DNA from: Candidatus Hydrogenedentota bacterium
Lineage (GTDB): Bacteria; Hydrogenedentota; Hydrogenedentia; Hydrogenedentales; SLHB01
Assembly: GCA_963745075.1 (NCBI GenBank)
Contig: CAVUWV010000015.1
Span: 1-64,000 of the forward strand
DNA length: 64,000 nt
Direction of reading: 5' to 3'
Made by a program: the position numbers and the translations under genes. Each line of letters opens with the position of its first letter. Positions within the stretch are counted from its first letter, which is position 1. The notes under the pieces were generated by a model. It did not search any database and was not told where the DNA came from. It was given only the letters and a program-made list of their open reading frames with translations. Below, piece by piece: positions 62,675-64,000 of the stretch.

Positions 62675-62881
62675 CGCATTGTCTTCACCGGCATTACACA
62701 TGGCCGCAACTGTACCACGTTCCGCGCCGAGACGCACTCCGGTGGACGGGCCCCGAAACCTGAAGATGGATTCCCGCGAATGCGGCAATCCATCTTTCGA
62801 CTTACTTGAGAATGCGCTTACGCAGTACGCGAGCCGATTGCGCTATACTAACTCCACGATCGCACGTAGGGGGGATTTGCC

Positions 62882-63889
62882 ATGACAGGACGTGAACGCA
62901 TTTTGGCAATGCTCGAAGGCGAACGGGTCGATTCACTCCCGTTCATGCCCATTACCATGATGTTTGCCACGGACCGGATCGGTAAGCCGTACCGGGACTA
63001 CGCCGCCGACCACCGCGTCCTGGCCGAAGCGCAAATCCACGTCGCGAATGAATTCGACTTCGACTTCGTCTCGACTATTTCGGACCCGGCCCGCGAAGCC
63101 TCGGACTGCGGAGCGGCCGTCGAATGGTTCGACAATCAGCCGCCGGCCATTGACGAGTCGCATGCCTTGCTCGCCGACACTTCGGCGCTCGACGCACTGG
63201 AAATCCCAGACCCCCTCGTGACCACGCGCATGCGCGACCGCATCGACGGCATCGCCTTACTGAAAGAACATGCGGGTGCCGAGAAACTCGTCGAAGGCTG
63301 GATCGAGGGGCCCTGCGCGGAAGCGGCCGATCTTCGTGGCATTAATACGCTGATGTGCGATTTCTTCGAGCAACCCGATTTCATCCACGCGTTGTTCGCC
63401 CGAGTGGTCGAACTGGAGACCCGCTTCGCGCAGGCGCAAATCGACGCCGGAGCGGATATCATCGGTATCGGCGACGCGGCCGCGTCCCTGGTCGGCCCGC
63501 AGATTTACGAAGCGTTCGTCTGGGCCTACGAGAAACAACTCGTCGACGCCGTGCACGCCATGGGTGGCCGCGTGCGGCTGCACATTTGCGGGAACACAGG
63601 GTCGATCCTGAAGGGCATGGGTGAACTGGGTTGCGACATCGTCGACCTCGACTACATGGTGCCTCTCGCCGCCGCTCGGGAAGCCATGGGTCCCGGGCAG
63701 GTCTTGCTGGGCAATCTTGATCCCGTCTCGTGCCTGCGCGCCGGTACGCCCGAATCGGTTACAAAAGCGATTGCCCAGTGCCACGCGGAGGCCGGCCCAC
63801 GCTACATTGTAAGTGCCGGGTGCGAAGTCGTGCGCGACACGCCGGACGACAACATTCGGGCACTCCGCGACTACGCACGAAGCCACTGA
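62882..63889 (+). CDS. Uroporphyrinogen decarboxylase superfamily protein (MtaA/CmuA methyltransferase-like)
   Basis: MTGRERI, EGP, QIDAGAD, LHICG, GNLDP, SAGCE (Zn-ligand pattern H-x-C...C). Confidence 0.85.
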   Translation: MTGRERILAMLEGERVDSLPFMPITMMFATDRIGKPYRDYAADHRVLAEAQIHVANEFDFDFVSTISDPAREASDCGAAVEWFDNQPPAIDESHALLADTSALDALEIPDPLVTTRMRDRIDGIALLKEHAGAEKLVEGWIEGPCAEAADLRGINTLMCDFFEQPDFIHALFARVVELETRFAQAQIDAGADIIGIGDAAASLVGPQIYEAFVWAYEKQLVDAVHAMGGRVRLHICGNTGSILKGMGELGCDIVDLDYMVPLAAAREAMGPGQVLLGNLDPVSCLRAGTPESVTKAIAQCHAEAGPRYIVSAGCEVVRDTPDDNIRALRDYARSH

Positions 63890-64000
63890 CGAATCCGGCT
63901 GTCTCCTTGCGCCCCGGTTAGCGTGCCGGTAGAATCGCGCCCGGCTTCATCACAGCTCGGCCTATCGGTCCGGGCGGAATTCCAGGGAACCCCATTACGA

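Noticed and set aside
1..64000. tRNA, rRNA, prophage, IS or defence genes
   Set aside because: None recognised; the macrodomain is a typical housekeeping YmdB type with no toxin partner

Overview
GC-rich bacterial chromosome segment. The full dcw cluster alongside Planctomycete-like families (DUF1553/DUF1501, PVC-type CxxCH, DUF1559 pilin-like) suggests Candidatus Hydrogenedentes or a similar lineage; this is an inference. In order: a MacAB-like efflux set; mraZ-STAS-rsmH-ftsL-ftsI-murE-murF-mraY-murD-ftsW-murG; two HD-GYP genes; deoC; an NRAMP-like transporter; a penicillin-acylase-family gene; a kinase-less beta-propeller sensor; a beta-helix protein; an ABC module; hydrolases; DUF1553/DUF1501; a GS-like gene plus SDR; an atypical cytochrome c oxidase operon; and a macrodomain/PilZ/ABC/ThrC-like/GT2 block followed by an MtaA-like gene. 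I saw no rRNA, tRNA, CRISPR array or transposase. About 14 frameshifts all resolve as single extra bases and are probably sequencing errors. Best leads: (1) a heme-copper oxidase with intact metal ligands but missing the canonical D- and K-proton-channel residues; (2) a dcw control region with two NrdR-like boxes, mirrored MraZ-box arrays and a possible divergent promoter; (3) a non-canonical STAS gene inside the dcw operon; (4) a ~130-aa domain inserted in MraY.
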